This document shows, in pieces, positions 49,896 to 63,302 of a stretch of DNA of 64,000 nucleotides. The notes under the pieces are model-generated. The model was given only the letters and a program-made list of their open reading frames with translations, ran no database searches and had not been told where the DNA came from. Position 1 is the first letter of the stretch. The number at the start of each line of letters is the position of its first letter. Origin of the DNA: Octopus sinensis (Eukaryota); the NCBI RefSeq assembly GCF_006345805.1, contig NC_043002.1, positions 62,620,001 to 62,684,000 of the forward strand, written 5' to 3'. The translations under genes and the position numbers were made by a program.

Positions 49896-50431
49896 GGCAG
49901 TGGCTCTCGTGGCTTCTGATCTTAACTGATTGGAAGTGTTATTATGTACATTGTTTTGTATTCGTATAAAAATGGGCTACAGTAAGTATTCTGCTCAATA
50001 CCACAGAATTGCTTGTCAGCTGTTTGACCGTAACAAGTTGAGCATGTTCCTTAGTGGCTGACGATATGTGCATCTCTGATCACAAGCAGAAATGGTAGGG
50101 GAGCATCATAGCCATGTGTTGAGAGGGATTCTTTGATGTTTGAATAATTCACCAGTGGAAACGTGGGTATTTCGTTCAACATCCTTAAACAACCCTTATT
50201 CAGGGACGTTTTGAGCGGGATGGGTTACTCGACCAGAAGAAAATTCTAACCGGGCCCCACCTGCAATGTCATCCACTGTTTATCTTGATATGAGATCACC
50301 ATGTCGCGCACATATTGTTGTGTAGCATGTGCCTTGTGTAACCTTATCAGACGAGTAGTCATGATAGGTATACTGGGCTTCGTATATTTTCCCCAGTGTC
50401 AGTTTGATGACATGCACTTCTCTCTCACTCA
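49896..50431 (+). mobile_element. family F repeat
   Basis: GGCAGTGGCTCTCGTGGCTTCTGATCTTAACTGATTGG ... CTCTCTCACTC-AATAATAAT. Confidence 0.9.
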
Positions 50432-51251
50432 ATAATAATTATAATAATATATAAATTTTTATCACGAGAGAAAGTTGCTTGACTCTTCTAAAAAAACCAT
50501 CCGATATAAACAATAATTACTCAAAAACCACCGAATGTCTAAAATTGGAAAAGAAAAATGGCTAGAAGATTACGCAACTAAGAATTTAAAAATTTATTAT
50601 ACAATTTATCATATAAGAAAAGTATATTAAGAGTATTTAGTATTTTGTGATTTGGTGACCACTTGTTACCAACTGTCGAAGAAAAGCTTGTACCCGAACA
50701 GAGCTCATTCTATTGCGTTACAAATAAATCTGGTAAGGAATACACGCTAAAGAAATTCATTTCAGACCTACATTAATGATTTCTTACTTTAAAGCTGAAG
50801 TGCAAGAAATATTTTTAGAATTTAGAACGAATGTAAAGGGAAATGTTAATTTGAATATCCTCAAATATAACAAAGGAAATTGAATAAAAATTGAGCAGAA
50901 TCGTATATGAATAAATGTCACAAGCGCAAATAACGAACAGAAAATAAAGAGTTGAAATTTAAAAAATATCAGGAGTTGGGGCGTAACCGTTAAACATATG
51001 TGTAACTAGTGCAACACAATTAATGTAAATAAATTAGAATACACTATAAAACATTCTCGAACAATCACTGAATACTGACTAAGAAAAAATCGTATTTGAG
51101 AACTGGCATTTCAAAAGATAGATCATGATCAGGAAAATCTAGAAAGGAAAAATAATTAAAAGATTAAAATAAAGACCTTCATAAAAATCGACGTAAGTAC
51201 CTTTCAAGGATAAAATTATCGATAAAAGAAAAAGAACATTAGAATAATAAA

Positions 51252-51480
51252 GATGGAAACGAAATTAGCTGTCACAGGTTTAATGAAAACAGACACGAAC
51301 ATCAACATCACCAGATTAAACGATGTACTTTATGCAGCAGTTACAACGGTTAGAAAAGAAAATAGGTACACGCTCACAAGTGCTTATATATTTATATGAC
51401 GACCAAAGACAACAAGAGTACAACTGGGAAAATAAAAGAAAGCTTTTCTGAATCTGAAATAAAACCATTAAAGATAGGCT
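51252..51480 (+). mobile_element. possible R4/Dong-like non-LTR remnant (N-terminal to RT)
   Basis: KMETKLAVTGLMKTDTNINITRLNDVLYAAVTTVRKE then a frameshift; resembles the IT..N.L.YAAA...LG motif recalled for R4/Dong elements. Confidence 0.4.
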
Positions 51481-51519
51481 ACAACTGTAAGAAGCTGGAC
51501 TGGGGTAAAGATAACGTTT

Positions 51520-51957
51520 TGCTTTATCCTTTATTTGCATCAGTCATTGGACTGCGGCCATGCTATAGCATCATTTTGAAAGACATTTAGTGGAAGAGCT
51601 CGATTCCAGCACGTGCTTTGAAGTTTGGTATTTATTCTATCACTTTGTGTTGACGAATAGCTAAGATTCGTGGACAGAAACAAAGCAACACCAGTTTTCA
51701 AACATCGTGGTTAGAAGCACAAACAGAATGATACACACGCACTCACGCGCACATATACAAACACACACACACATACACACACACCTACACACACACCTAT
51801 GTAGGATGGGCTTCACACAATTTCTGTCGACCAAATTCATTCATAAGGCATTGGTCAAGCCGAAGCTAATGCAGATGACACTCATTTAAGTTTCTGCGTA
51901 GTGAAACTGAACCAAGAAGCACGAGCTTGTAAACGGAGTTTCTTAACTACTCAGTCA
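51520..51957 (-). mobile_element. family-A-type SINE (diverged)
   Basis: GACTGCGGCCATGCT tail, TTTATTCTATC, CCAAATTCATTCATAAGGCATTGGTC core, AACTGAACC B-box region. Confidence 0.7.
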
Positions 51958-52080
51958 GAAAATATAAATATGAAATACCTGAAATTACAGAACACATTAA
52001 ATAAATTACTCTCGCTAAATCGCAGTCAACCAGACTGAAGGAAGAACGGTGTGTTCCCAATTAAATAAATAAGTCACCAT

Positions 52081-52266
52081 AGGCACAGGAGTGGCTGTGT
52101 GGTAAGAAGCTTGCTTACGAGCCACACGGTTCCGGGTTCACTCCCACTGCGTGGCAACGTGGGCAAGTGTCTTCTATTATAGCCTTGGGCCGACCAAAGC
52201 AGTGTGAGTGGATTTGGTAGACGGAAACTGAAAGAAGTCCGTTGTATATGTATGTATGTATGTATG

Positions 52267-52353
<87 letters not shown>

Positions 52354-52378
52354 TATATGTATATATATATGTATATAT

Positions 52379-52411
<33 letters not shown>

Positions 52412-52658
52412 GCCGAACCGCATCTGTTCAGCATCTGTTGTCAAGCGATGTTGGGGAGACAACACAGACACATATATATATATATATATGTGTGTGTGTG
52501 TATGTTTGTGTGTCTGTGTTTGTCTCCCCAACATCGCTTGACAACAGATGCTGAACAGATGCGGTTCGGCAAAAGCGACCGATAGTTTAAGTACTAGGCT
52601 TACAAAAAATTAAGTCATATGGTCGATTTGTTCGACGAAAGGCGGTGCTCCAGCATGG
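52081..52658 (+). mobile_element. family-A SINE (young) with internal inverted duplication
   Basis: Head GGAGTGGCTGTGTGGTAAGAAGCTTGC, GGGTTCACTCCC; 52412-52472 is the reverse complement of 52509-52570. Confidence 0.88.
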
Positions 52659-53404
52659 AGTATGTGTGTGTGCACGTATATATCTTTCTGTGTGTGGTTC
52701 TAACCACGTCGTTTGAAAACTGGTGTTGCTTTGTTTCTGAACACCAATAAAATAAATAAATAAATATAACATATTAAAACATATCACCTTTTAGTCTTAT
52801 CTTTACGAATTTTCTATAGAAATTACAGCAAATCCTGAAAGTTACGGCGTTTCATATACGAATATGTTTATGTAAATAATGCGATCGCAGCTGTAAGTTC
52901 TGAAGAGAATCTGTTGAGATACTTTTAAAAAAATGATTGAACCGCGCCACTAACAGAACTGACTTACAAGCTTTTAATGTACTTGGCAGCATATTATGGT
53001 TGCAGAACGAAATATTGAGCCCTTACCAGCAATTAGTAGTTAAAAAACAGTTTGACTCCAATCTCAGATTATTTGGTAAAGGATTAAGTAGGCATGAAAC
53101 AGGAATCGATGAAAAGCACAAGACTCAAAGGCAAGACTAAATGAATTATTATTGGAGTATAGGAGAGAAACATTTTCGCTAAAAACATTGCAAAAATAAT
53201 TGCAACCAAGGTGAATAACTGGGCATCGCTGAGTGTCTGCATAATATGTGAAGCTTTGTTAGCAATAATTGATTACATGGACTGGAAATATTCAGATTTA
53301 GGCAAGAAAGAATACATCTTATAACAGAATTGAAGCTTTTATACAATGGAAGTGTATGACAGAATTGGGTAATCGTGTGATCACGTGATTGACTAGACAA
53401 TGTC

Positions 53405-53754
53405 TTCAAAGGCAAATTATCCAAACTCCAAAGAATCCCTCCCAGCACATGGCTATGATGCTTCCCCCACTATCTCTTCTCGTGATTAGAGATGCACATA
53501 TCGTCAGCCACTAAGGGATATGCTCAACTGGTTAAGGTCAAACATCTGACAAGCAAATCTGTGGTATTGAGCAGAATATTTGCTATAGCCCGTCTTTTAT
53601 ATCAAGACAAAACAATGCACATGATAACACTTCCAATCAGTTAAGATCAGAAGCCGTGAGAGTCACTGCCTTGCACTGTATCAGGATCATCATCATCATC
53701 CTCGTCGTCATTCTTCTTCTTCTTCTTATCATTATTATTATTATTATTCTCCTC

Positions 53755-53792
<38 letters not shown>

Positions 53793-54343
53793 CATTATTA
53801 TTGAGTGAGAAAGAGAAGTGACACTGGGGTAAAATATACGAAGCCTAGTATACCCATCATTACTACCCGTCTGATAAGGGTACACCAGGCACATGCATCA
53901 CAACGAAATGTGCGTGACATGGTGATCTCATATCAAGATAAACAGCGCATGACCTTGCAGGTGGGGCCCAGTTAGAATTTTCTTCCGGTCGAGTAGTTCA
54001 TCCCGCTCAAAAGATCCCTGAATAAGGATCGTTTAAGGATGTTGAACGAAACACCGATATTTCCAAAGGTGAATTATCCAAACCGCTAAGAATTCCTGTC
54101 AACACACGACTATGATGCTCCCCCACTACTTTTGCTCGTGGTCAGAGATGTACAAATCGTCAAACACTAAGGGACATGGTCAACTGGTTAAGGTCAAACA
54201 ACTGACAAGCAAATCTGTGGTGTTAAGCAGAATAGTTGCTGTAGCCCATCTTTTATACGAAGACAAAACAATGTATATGATAACACTTCCAATCAGTTAA
54301 GATCAGAAGCCATGAGAGCCACTGCCTGATACTGCATCAGGGG
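53405..54343 (-). mobile_element. family F repeat: partial copy (53405-53685) + full copy (53802-54343)
   Basis: Collinear with 44871-45426; separated and flanked by (CAT)n/(ATT)n. Confidence 0.88.
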
Positions 54344-54436
54344 AGTTATCATCACCATCATCATCATCGTCATTCTTCAACTTCTTCTTCTTCTTCTTCT
54401 TCTAATTCTTATTGCTATTATCATCATTGGTAGTGA

Positions 54437-54505
<69 letters not shown>

Positions 54506-54510
54506 CATCA

Positions 54511-54545
<35 letters not shown>

Positions 54546-55389
54546 GTTGTTGTTATTCTTCTTACGTCGCTTTACATTATTATCGTTAAGGAAACAGGGA
54601 AAGAAGCAAGTTAACCAACTTCATAATTAGGAACGAAAATTAAAGATAACAGCAGCAACAACCAAAAACAACAGCTTCATAATCTGAAAGCTACAAAAAC
54701 GTTTTGTGTTTTCCTTAATGGATATTTTTCTTCTTTTTTTGTATCTTCATCGTAGTAAAGATAGTTATGTGATGGTATTTATGATGGTGGTGTTTCACGA
54801 GGACTGATGTGCTGAGTGAGGAGACAGTTGTACGGTTTTGAGACGGTGTAAGGGTATGTGAGAGATAGTAGAGGAGAAAGAGAAAGGTAGAAAAGAAGGG
54901 GATCTGAAAAAAGAGAAAAGAAAAGAAAAAAAATATGTTTGGTGGCGAGCGGCAGAGAAAATTGGGAACGGAGTGAAAATTACTGAGAATGTAAAATAGA
55001 AAGAGAAGTGAGAAAATGGGAACGAAGGATGCAGAAAAATGAGGGGGAGAGAAGGAGAAAGGCAGAGAGGGAGATGAGTGTGTGTGTGTGAGAGAGAGAG
55101 AGGTGGGGTGATGGAGGGAAGATGGAACCAAGTGGAAAAGGAAAATTTTAGAAACAGAAAGATTTGAATGAAATTGAAATAACAAGAGTGAAATCTGGAG
55201 AGACGAAAGAAGAAATAGAGGGAAAAAGGAAAACTAAGAAATAGTGAGAGAGATAAAAAGAGAAAGAGAGAGGGAGGGAGAGAGAAAGAAAGAGAAGACT
55301 ACGAAAATGATTAATACTGAATCCTTAAAGTGGCACAAGATTACTACATCTGAAAGCAAGGAGTTCAATTCTATTAAATACTGAGGTGT

Positions 55390-55748
55390 GGAAGTACAAT
55401 GGCCTAGTGGTTAGGGCAGCGGACGCGCCGTCGTAAGATCGCGGTTTCGATTCGCAGGCCGGGCGTTGTGTGTGTTTATTGAGCGAAAACACCCAAAGCT
55501 CCATGAGGAGGTGGTGGCGAACCCTGCTGTATTCTTTCTCCACAACTTTCTTTCACTCTTTCTTCCTGTTTCTGTTTCAAAGGGGCCAACCTTGTCACAC
55601 TCTGTGTCACGCTGATTCTCCCCCGAGAACTACGTTAAAGGTACATATGTCTGTAGAGTGCGCAGCCACTTGCGCGTTAATTTCACGAGCAGGCTATTCC
55701 GTTAATCGGATCAACTGGAACCCTCGTTGTCGCAACTGACGGAGTACC
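55390..55748 (+). mobile_element. tRNA-derived SINE, family D
   Basis: A box TGGCCTAGTGG, B box GGTTTCGATTC, tail GATCAACTGGAACCCTCGT shared with 8789-9068. Confidence 0.82.
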
Positions 55749-55964
55749 ACGATATACTGAGGTAGTGGTGTTTGATTGGAATATATTTTGTGGATGCTGG
55801 ATTCATTTCATAAATGGAAAGTTATATAGCATTTGAATTTGAACTCTCGATCACATTTGCCAGGCTTTTTGTATTGTGAAGGGTTATTTCGTCCGTATTG
55901 GACTCCATCGTCTATGTTGTTCTTACAACAACTTCGCATTACCATTTATGTCGTTTAGACTTTT

Positions 55965-56150
55965 ACCTCTTGCACTGGCCATGCTAGGTGACTACTTTGA
56001 AGAATTTTTTGTCGAATGAATCGACTCAGGTACTTATATTACGAAGCCTGATGTATATTCTATCGAGAACCTTCACCGAACCGCTAGGTTATGGAGAAGT
56101 AAACAAGACAGCACCAGCAGTCAAGCCGTGGTGGAGAGACAAAGACAGAC
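55965..56150 (-). mobile_element. family-A-type SINE 3' half
   Basis: GGCCATGCT.., TATTCTATCG..CCGAACCGCTAGGTTA, AAGCCGTGGTGGAGAGACAAA. Confidence 0.6.
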
Positions 56151-59100
56151 ATAAAGACACACGTGTACTCACACGCACGCGCGCATCCGCACACAATGAA
56201 GGCACTAGTTTACCAGGACGTAAACAAACCAACATCGGGTTTGAAGCGGTATGAAATAGCAAATACAATGCAAACACACAAACACACACACATAGATATA
56301 CCTTGTCCTGGACAGCAACAACAGAAACAACAATACTTATAAATAGGGCTATGAAGGGGACTATATGTGTAGGTTCAGTCATGGAGTTGAGAAGTCCGAT
56401 GGAAAGTCGGTTGAAGATTCAACTCATATCGTGCTCTTTTAAGTAAAGAAAGCATTTGAGTAATGTAGTCGACCACATAAAAGGGCGGGTAGGTCACAGA
56501 TGAGTCGACTTTAGCTCTGCTGAACCAAATATGATCAAAGGCTAAGTTACAAAGCAGCAAAAACCTTGAATATAATAAAAAAGCTGTAGACAAACCCTTA
56601 TCCCTTAAACAGCGGATGGTATCAATTGGTGTTGCAGAAGTTGCACCTGTATACTGTCATTATCAAAAGTAAGCAAATATCTTTTAGTACCTTTTGATAA
56701 TGAGATTGTAAAATTTATTGTGCGAGAGACTAACAGTTATTGTAGTTTTGTAGTGATGATTTAAATTGTAAATAAGTATTAAAAAAATTACCCTTTAGAC
56801 AAAGAAGTGTTCTTTGTTGTTTGACCGTTTGGCACACACATCCATACAACTCTTTCCCGCCGTGTGTGGCTTAATATCCGATACTGACATACGTCTAGAT
56901 ATTTGTTTTGAAAGGGAGGAATATATCCCAGTATATTGTTAGTATTTTCTATTTTTGTATTCCGAGGTGGACTGAAAGTCAAGTTTCAATTTGATAGCTA
57001 AGCTTTTAGCTCTGTATTCTACCTTTCCTATCGCAAAATTCCATTTCGTACGTATTCTTAGATGCATATAACGTTGGCGCAATATCAGTAATTTACTGTA
57101 AATTATAAGTGATTCAGTGAACTATCACACTATCATACTGGTAGTAGTTTAATGGGTTTTACAGAGGTAAAACAAAAAATTCACAACTAAGATTTCAAAG
57201 GAATATTTATCAGCGAGTAACTAAATGTTGCAAAGGATTAATCCGAATACATTGCTGTTCGTGTTGCTCGCCCTAGTTGAAGGTATAAACGGTGAATATA
57301 ATTCACTATAAATACTAGACAGAAGAGAATATTCTTTAAGGTTCATAAGAAAGGAATATGTCTGCTTGAAGATTAAATTTCTTTGCAGAGAGGTATAACA
57401 AATAGGTTTCTTCTCTGTCACTCAGAGTGAACGAATTGAGTTTCTGGGGACAGTAGCTTCCGCGGCCATAAGATGGCTCTGTTTCTCAACAATAATTCAT
57501 TTTATCGAGAGGTTTATGCCTTCACCTTCTTTCAAAATGCAAATTTAATTTCGAAAACAATGCTACACTGCACATTCTTCTTGATTTAAACGAATTACTA
57601 CAATGTTTATGTTTAACAATAAAAGTGCTGGTGATCAAAACGATATAAGATTTTATTGCAGGGTCTTCTGATATTTCAACAGCTTTGCATCCTATTTCTT
57701 TTGATAAGTATTTTCCATACTTTTGGTTCTACTTTCACATTAGATTTAGGCTGTTTGCTGGTGTTTATACATTTTAGATGTATTTTGAAATTTGTGATTT
57801 TAAGCTACGCATACACCTATAAATAACATTAATGGAATTTTCGTTGAAACACTTTTCACACCTATCTGAAGTGGGCATAGGAGATCTGATTAGAGTGAGG
57901 AAGACTTAGCTAAATTTCTGCATACATTTAAATTATAGGATGGATTAAAGCAGGTGAGTTTTCTATTCTCACGTTTGATGTTTTTGATGTGTTTGAAGTA
58001 TCTTGTTGCAGTTTGCTCAGAGTATTTCCTCTTGGTGTTAAAGCGATAGCTATCTAGGTTTCCTTTATAATATGGAGGAGCTTACTGCATATTCCGTAAA
58101 GACTATTACAACTCTTCTTCTTGTATACATATTAACAGTGTGCTATAAATTCCGAATTTGAAACGAAAAGAAAATAATCTACCTTCAACTTAAGGGAATA
58201 CGTGTTAGGATATTATTTTGCAAAACATATCTCATGTAAGTAGAAGTAAAGTATTTTTTACTTGTCAAGCATTTTAGCAGAAAGGTTTTTAAAATACGGG
58301 AAAAATCCTCTTCAAATATTTTGGACGATAATGCATATGAAAATACGGAACTAAAGGAAAGAGACGCTTGAAAATAAAGACATTTTTATCCATATGTTTA
58401 AATAAATATATATATATATACACGCACACACATACATGCATATATATATTTTTCTATCTATCTTATTTGAGTGCATTTATGCAATTGTTCTTTGCATTTA
58501 ATTATATATACTTGCATACACACTCTCACGCACACTCACACATATTATATGAACACACGTACACATACTACATGTGCACATCTTCCCCACAACCTCAGTA
58601 AGTTGCACATTGCACTTGCCAACCTCCGCTTTCAATTACCACGACATTTTCATTTTTTGTATTTTCATCTCTTCACATCCAATTATTCTAAGTTTACCAC
58701 TTGAAATGACACTCATTTCTCTCCTTCTTACTCTCCCTCCTACCTCTCCTTGCATCGTACTCTCGGCCCGCACCTTCTAAATTTCACATCTCATCACGTT
58801 ACTCTCTCAAACACAGGCATGATCCCTCCTAATAATCTAAGTCGATTTCTTGAAACTCATCACTGCCCCAACTCTTCTTCTTCTTTTTTCCCTCCTCCTC
58901 TCGTCATTGCAGTTTTGTTTTTGTTTTACAATAAAAATTAACATTTTTTATATTTATTAAAAAGAAATTAAATCTGCACCTCTCTATTTCTCTCCCACTT
59001 TCTGTATTTTCTCCTTTCTATTTCTCACTTGCTTTCTTCCTGTTTCCACCTTCTTACTCACTAACTCACTCACTGTCTCTCTGTCTGTCACTCTCTCTCT

Positions 59101-60642
59101 CTCTCTCTCTCTGTCTCACGTTGCTCTTACAAACGTTTTTCTCCTTTCACATATCCTTGCTCTCCATCACTTGTATAATTACTGATATTTTAACTTTCAC
59201 TTTCACTATCAGTTTTGAACAGTTGATTCAATTTTTCAAGTCGACTACATCTTCACAAGCTTCATATATTTCCCATTCACTCCAGCTCTTTCATTTCTTC
59301 ACACGCATTCCTCAGACTTTTATTCCCAATTACTTCCACATTCACTATTTGACCTGTTTCCTTCCAAGCTTCACACATGCCATCCTCACTTCCATCTTAC
59401 ACCACATTCACCTTTCTAGTCATTCGTACAAACTAATTTAATTTTAGTGTTTGTCTTAAGAGGTCACACCTTTTTTTTTCCTCTCTTCTCTTCTTCCTGT
59501 ATTTATTATTTTCTGAATTTTTATATTCTTTCATTTTGTTTTACGATTCTGTTGCTTTTAAACCAATCCCAAAGTTACTCAGATATTCTCTATCTTTCAC
59601 TCTTCAATTTCTTTATTTAAATTTAATCAATTCTATTCTCGAAGATTTATCTTCTAGAAGTTATCGATTTCTTTCTCACTTGAAAAACTCAAACCAAACA
59701 AACAAAAAATAGCGTAAAAATGAAACGTAAAAAAATATACTCAAAAATGTCACACGTTGGTATTAATGGTTTGGTATGACAAAATAAGATGCAATGATGG
59801 TAAATCCACGAATTAAGATGTTATGGATGCTACAGTGTTGCCATACGTTATATCTTCCTACTACCTGGCATTAAAAGAACAGTAAGATTGGTACGAACCA
59901 TGAAGCGGCTGACAGCTTTTAAATTCACATTTAAATGTTTGAAATCCAAATTCTGACGTGATCAACTCTGAACCTCACGGGCATCGATAACATAATAGAG
60001 TGCCCGTTCTATAATGGATTTCAATTCGATCGATTATGCTGATGAAAGGAAGACCGTTGATTATTATTGCAGTTATTGATTAGCCCCAAGTCGAATATGA
60101 TCGATAAGATCTCATTCATTCAAATCAAGCCCATCCTGTATTTTTTCAGGAACAATCCAACCCAAAATACATTATCCACTTTCAATTAATTAAATATTTT
60201 TTCTTTCCTTTTGTGCACAGCATTAAATATATCTCCTTTTAAATAATTGTTTGAATTCGTGTATACCATTGATCTATTTCGGTTATTTCCCTTAGCTTAT
60301 ATTAATTTTAGTTATGCAAATTGTGCCAACGAAAAATATATTTCTCTATCATATTTATCAATGTGAATCTCAATTCTCTGATCATCAGGTTTGGGTGAAC
60401 TGTATTATATTGATGAGGACTAATAAACTCGAAACATGTTCATTGTTGTCCCTTCCTTGTAAACAAAGCTCAAAGCTTCCTTTCTATAAGCATATAAATT
60501 AACTTGAGACCTGCATGCCTAATTTTACGAAAATGTTTATCCTTTCCCTGGAGACATGCTAATAGTTACTGCTACGTTTTTTGCTAACTTTCAGTAAATT
60601 AACATAAATTCCAATTAATTCATGTTTTTATCATTCCTCCTA

Positions 60643-60938
60643 TACTTGTTTCAGTCATACCACTGCGACCATGCTGGAACACCACCTTGAAGACTTTTAG
60701 GCGAATGAATCTACGCTAGTATTTCCTTTTAAAGCTTGGTATTTATTCTATCGGTATCTTTAGACGAACCGTTGAGTTACAAAGATTTGAACACATAAAC
60801 ACTGATGATCAAACGGAGTTGGCATCAAATACAAACACAACTATACGCACACACACATGTGGGGGGCATTTGTCAGCTTCCGTCAACCAAATCTACTCAC
60901 AAGGCTTCGGTCAGTCCAAAGCGCCACAGAGTGGGAAT
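60643..60938 (-). mobile_element. family-A-type SINE
   Basis: CTTGTTTCAGTCA..CATGCTGGAACACCACC tail; CCAAATCTACTCACAAGGCTTCGGTC core. Confidence 0.7.
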
Positions 60939-61163
60939 AATTTTTTAAAACACCCGGTATTCTTTTCCTCGCTTAATTACCTAATATATTATTTATTTCA
61001 GAGTGTACTACGTTCTCTTGGGAAAATTAGACTGCAATATTTAGTAGGTCTAGTCACAACATCGATGCTTCTTTGTATAGTTTCAGGCTTTTTAAATCTT
61101 CAGTCGATTTAACATTTTGGAATCTTACAAAAAGAGCAAAAATAACATTTTCTGCTACAGGAA

Positions 61164-61362
61164 CAAGGCCTGAATTTTTTTCGAGGAGGCAACAGTCGAT
61201 TACATCATCCCCATTGCCTGACTGGTGCTCGTTTCATCGATCCCGAAAGGATGAAAGGCAAAGTCAATCTCGGTGAAATTTGAACTCAGAACGCAAAGAC
61301 ATACAAAATACCGCTAAGCATTTCGCTCGACGTGCTAACGATTCTGCCAGCTCACCACCTTA
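61164..61362 (-). mobile_element. family-B SINE
   Basis: CCCGAAAGGATGAAAGGCAAAGTC..AATTTGAACTCAGAAC..GCTAACGATTCTGCCAGCTC. Confidence 0.85.
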
Positions 61363-61520
61363 CAAAGAGCATCAATAATGGAGATGTAGAGTACCTTAAT
61401 GATTTACAGATCTTAAATTTCTATTTCATAATATGAATTAAATTCAGGCCTCATTAATTTGCTCTTTTATTCCTCAGGCTTCAAAAATAAATAAATAAAT
61501 AGAATAAGTGCAAGTGATAT

Positions 61521-61875
61521 ATCTTTTACTTGTTTCAATCATTAGACAGCGGCCATACCGTGGCACCAATTTAAAGACTTTTAGTCGAAAAGACAGAAAC
61601 CAGTATTTACACATTTAAACCTTCTTATTTATTCTATCAAACCTCTTTGATGCACCGCTAGATAACGTTGACGTAAACACAGTATCGGTTGCCAAGCGGT
61701 GGTGGGGATCACACACACACACAAGCTTCTTTCAGCTTCCGTCTACCAAATCCAACCATATGGCTAAGGTTGGCCTGAGGCTATTGAAGGAGACACCTAC
61801 ATAAGATGCCTCGCAGCGGGACTGAAGGTGGGACGACCATTTTTTGGGGAAGGAAACTTCATACCTATGCAACTA
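61521..61875 (-). mobile_element. family-A-type SINE
   Basis: TTTTACTTGTTTCAATC tail; CTTCTTTCAGCTTCCGTCTACCAAATCC core. Confidence 0.7.
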
Positions 61876-63265
61876 AATCAGGGTCTATGAGGTTTTTTTA
61901 AATATAACCTACTGATTAAAGGAAAGAGGAAATTTCTTTTAGTCATGTGTCTGTTTAAACTGAGATAATCTATAAGTAAATGTATTCCAGCCGAGAAGAT
62001 CCCTTCTTGTATCAAACGCAATGTATCTAGAGCTATAAAATAGAATGTGACCATCTTGCTTTTAGAAGGGAGCGATTTGAAAGAGAATTGGTGATCCTTA
62101 AGTCTACGAGTCAACGCAACTATACAGACGCCCCGAGTCATCTTAAGAGGGAAATAGTAAATGTATTTAGTGATAATACGATATATATGTAAGTTAGGCC
62201 ACATTGGTCCGTTGGCATCTTCTACAAAGGTCATATGAGTGTCTCATTCTTTTCAGTACTAGTAACTAATTGTTTTACACATCTCTCCTCATTCCTTCTG
62301 AATACATCTCACGTCCGTATCGATATCGATTTCGCCTTTCATTCGTCTAGTTTTGATAAAAGAATAGTGTCTGCTAGTTGGATAATGTCATTCAATTCGC
62401 TTAATTATTTTGAATAAAAAAGGCTGAAAAATGGCGAAGTGTTTTCAAATTCATCATATTTGGTAGAAGTTTATGTTTTGCTAATTTAACTTACAATAGC
62501 ACAAACAAATGGAAGCCTGAAAGCTTTTGAAATTTGAAATTCTGACGTCGATGTTCAGAATTCAAAATACACTTAGAAATGGAATTTGTCATTTATCTCT
62601 ATCGGAGGGAGCAGGGTTAATAACATGACCACGGAACAGTAGTGTAGAATCGATTTCCTGATTGTGCTATGCGTTTTAGTTTGATTGAAGTATTTTGTTG
62701 AAGAATGTTGGCGAGTAACTCTCAGTAGATAGTGTTTTCAATATTGACTAAAATCTTGAATAGAATAATTTAGAATTTAAATTTCAGTTGCGAACTTGCT
62801 TTTAAGCAGGGGAGGGATGTTGCACAAATTAAACACACGCATGCACAAACAAAGTCACATGTGGACTCGCGCTCAGACACATGTGCAAACATACATATTA
62901 GAAAGGTGGACTGCGTTTCAAGTTTTCGCCCATCTACGATACTTGCCATTTATGATATTCCCCTGAAGACAAACGAAACTTTATTGTTTAAATTTCAACA
63001 GCATATAGGGTCTTAAATTACTTCAGCCAGCGAGTTTTATCTCGCTAGAGAAAGATGTTGTGGCTTGCCTGTCGCAGTCCCTTTCAACCTCTTATGAGGC
63101 TGGTGATTTTCTGTAGCTATTTGAGTTATAGTTTTAGCTCTTATTTCTAGCAACTGCAGGTGTTATTTGGCATCCTTATTTATGTGTTCTACCATTTTTT
63201 GGTTGTTAATTGCTTTAGCCATGTATATTATAACGTATTTGACATATTATAATATCAATGTATTG

Positions 63266-63302
<37 letters not shown>

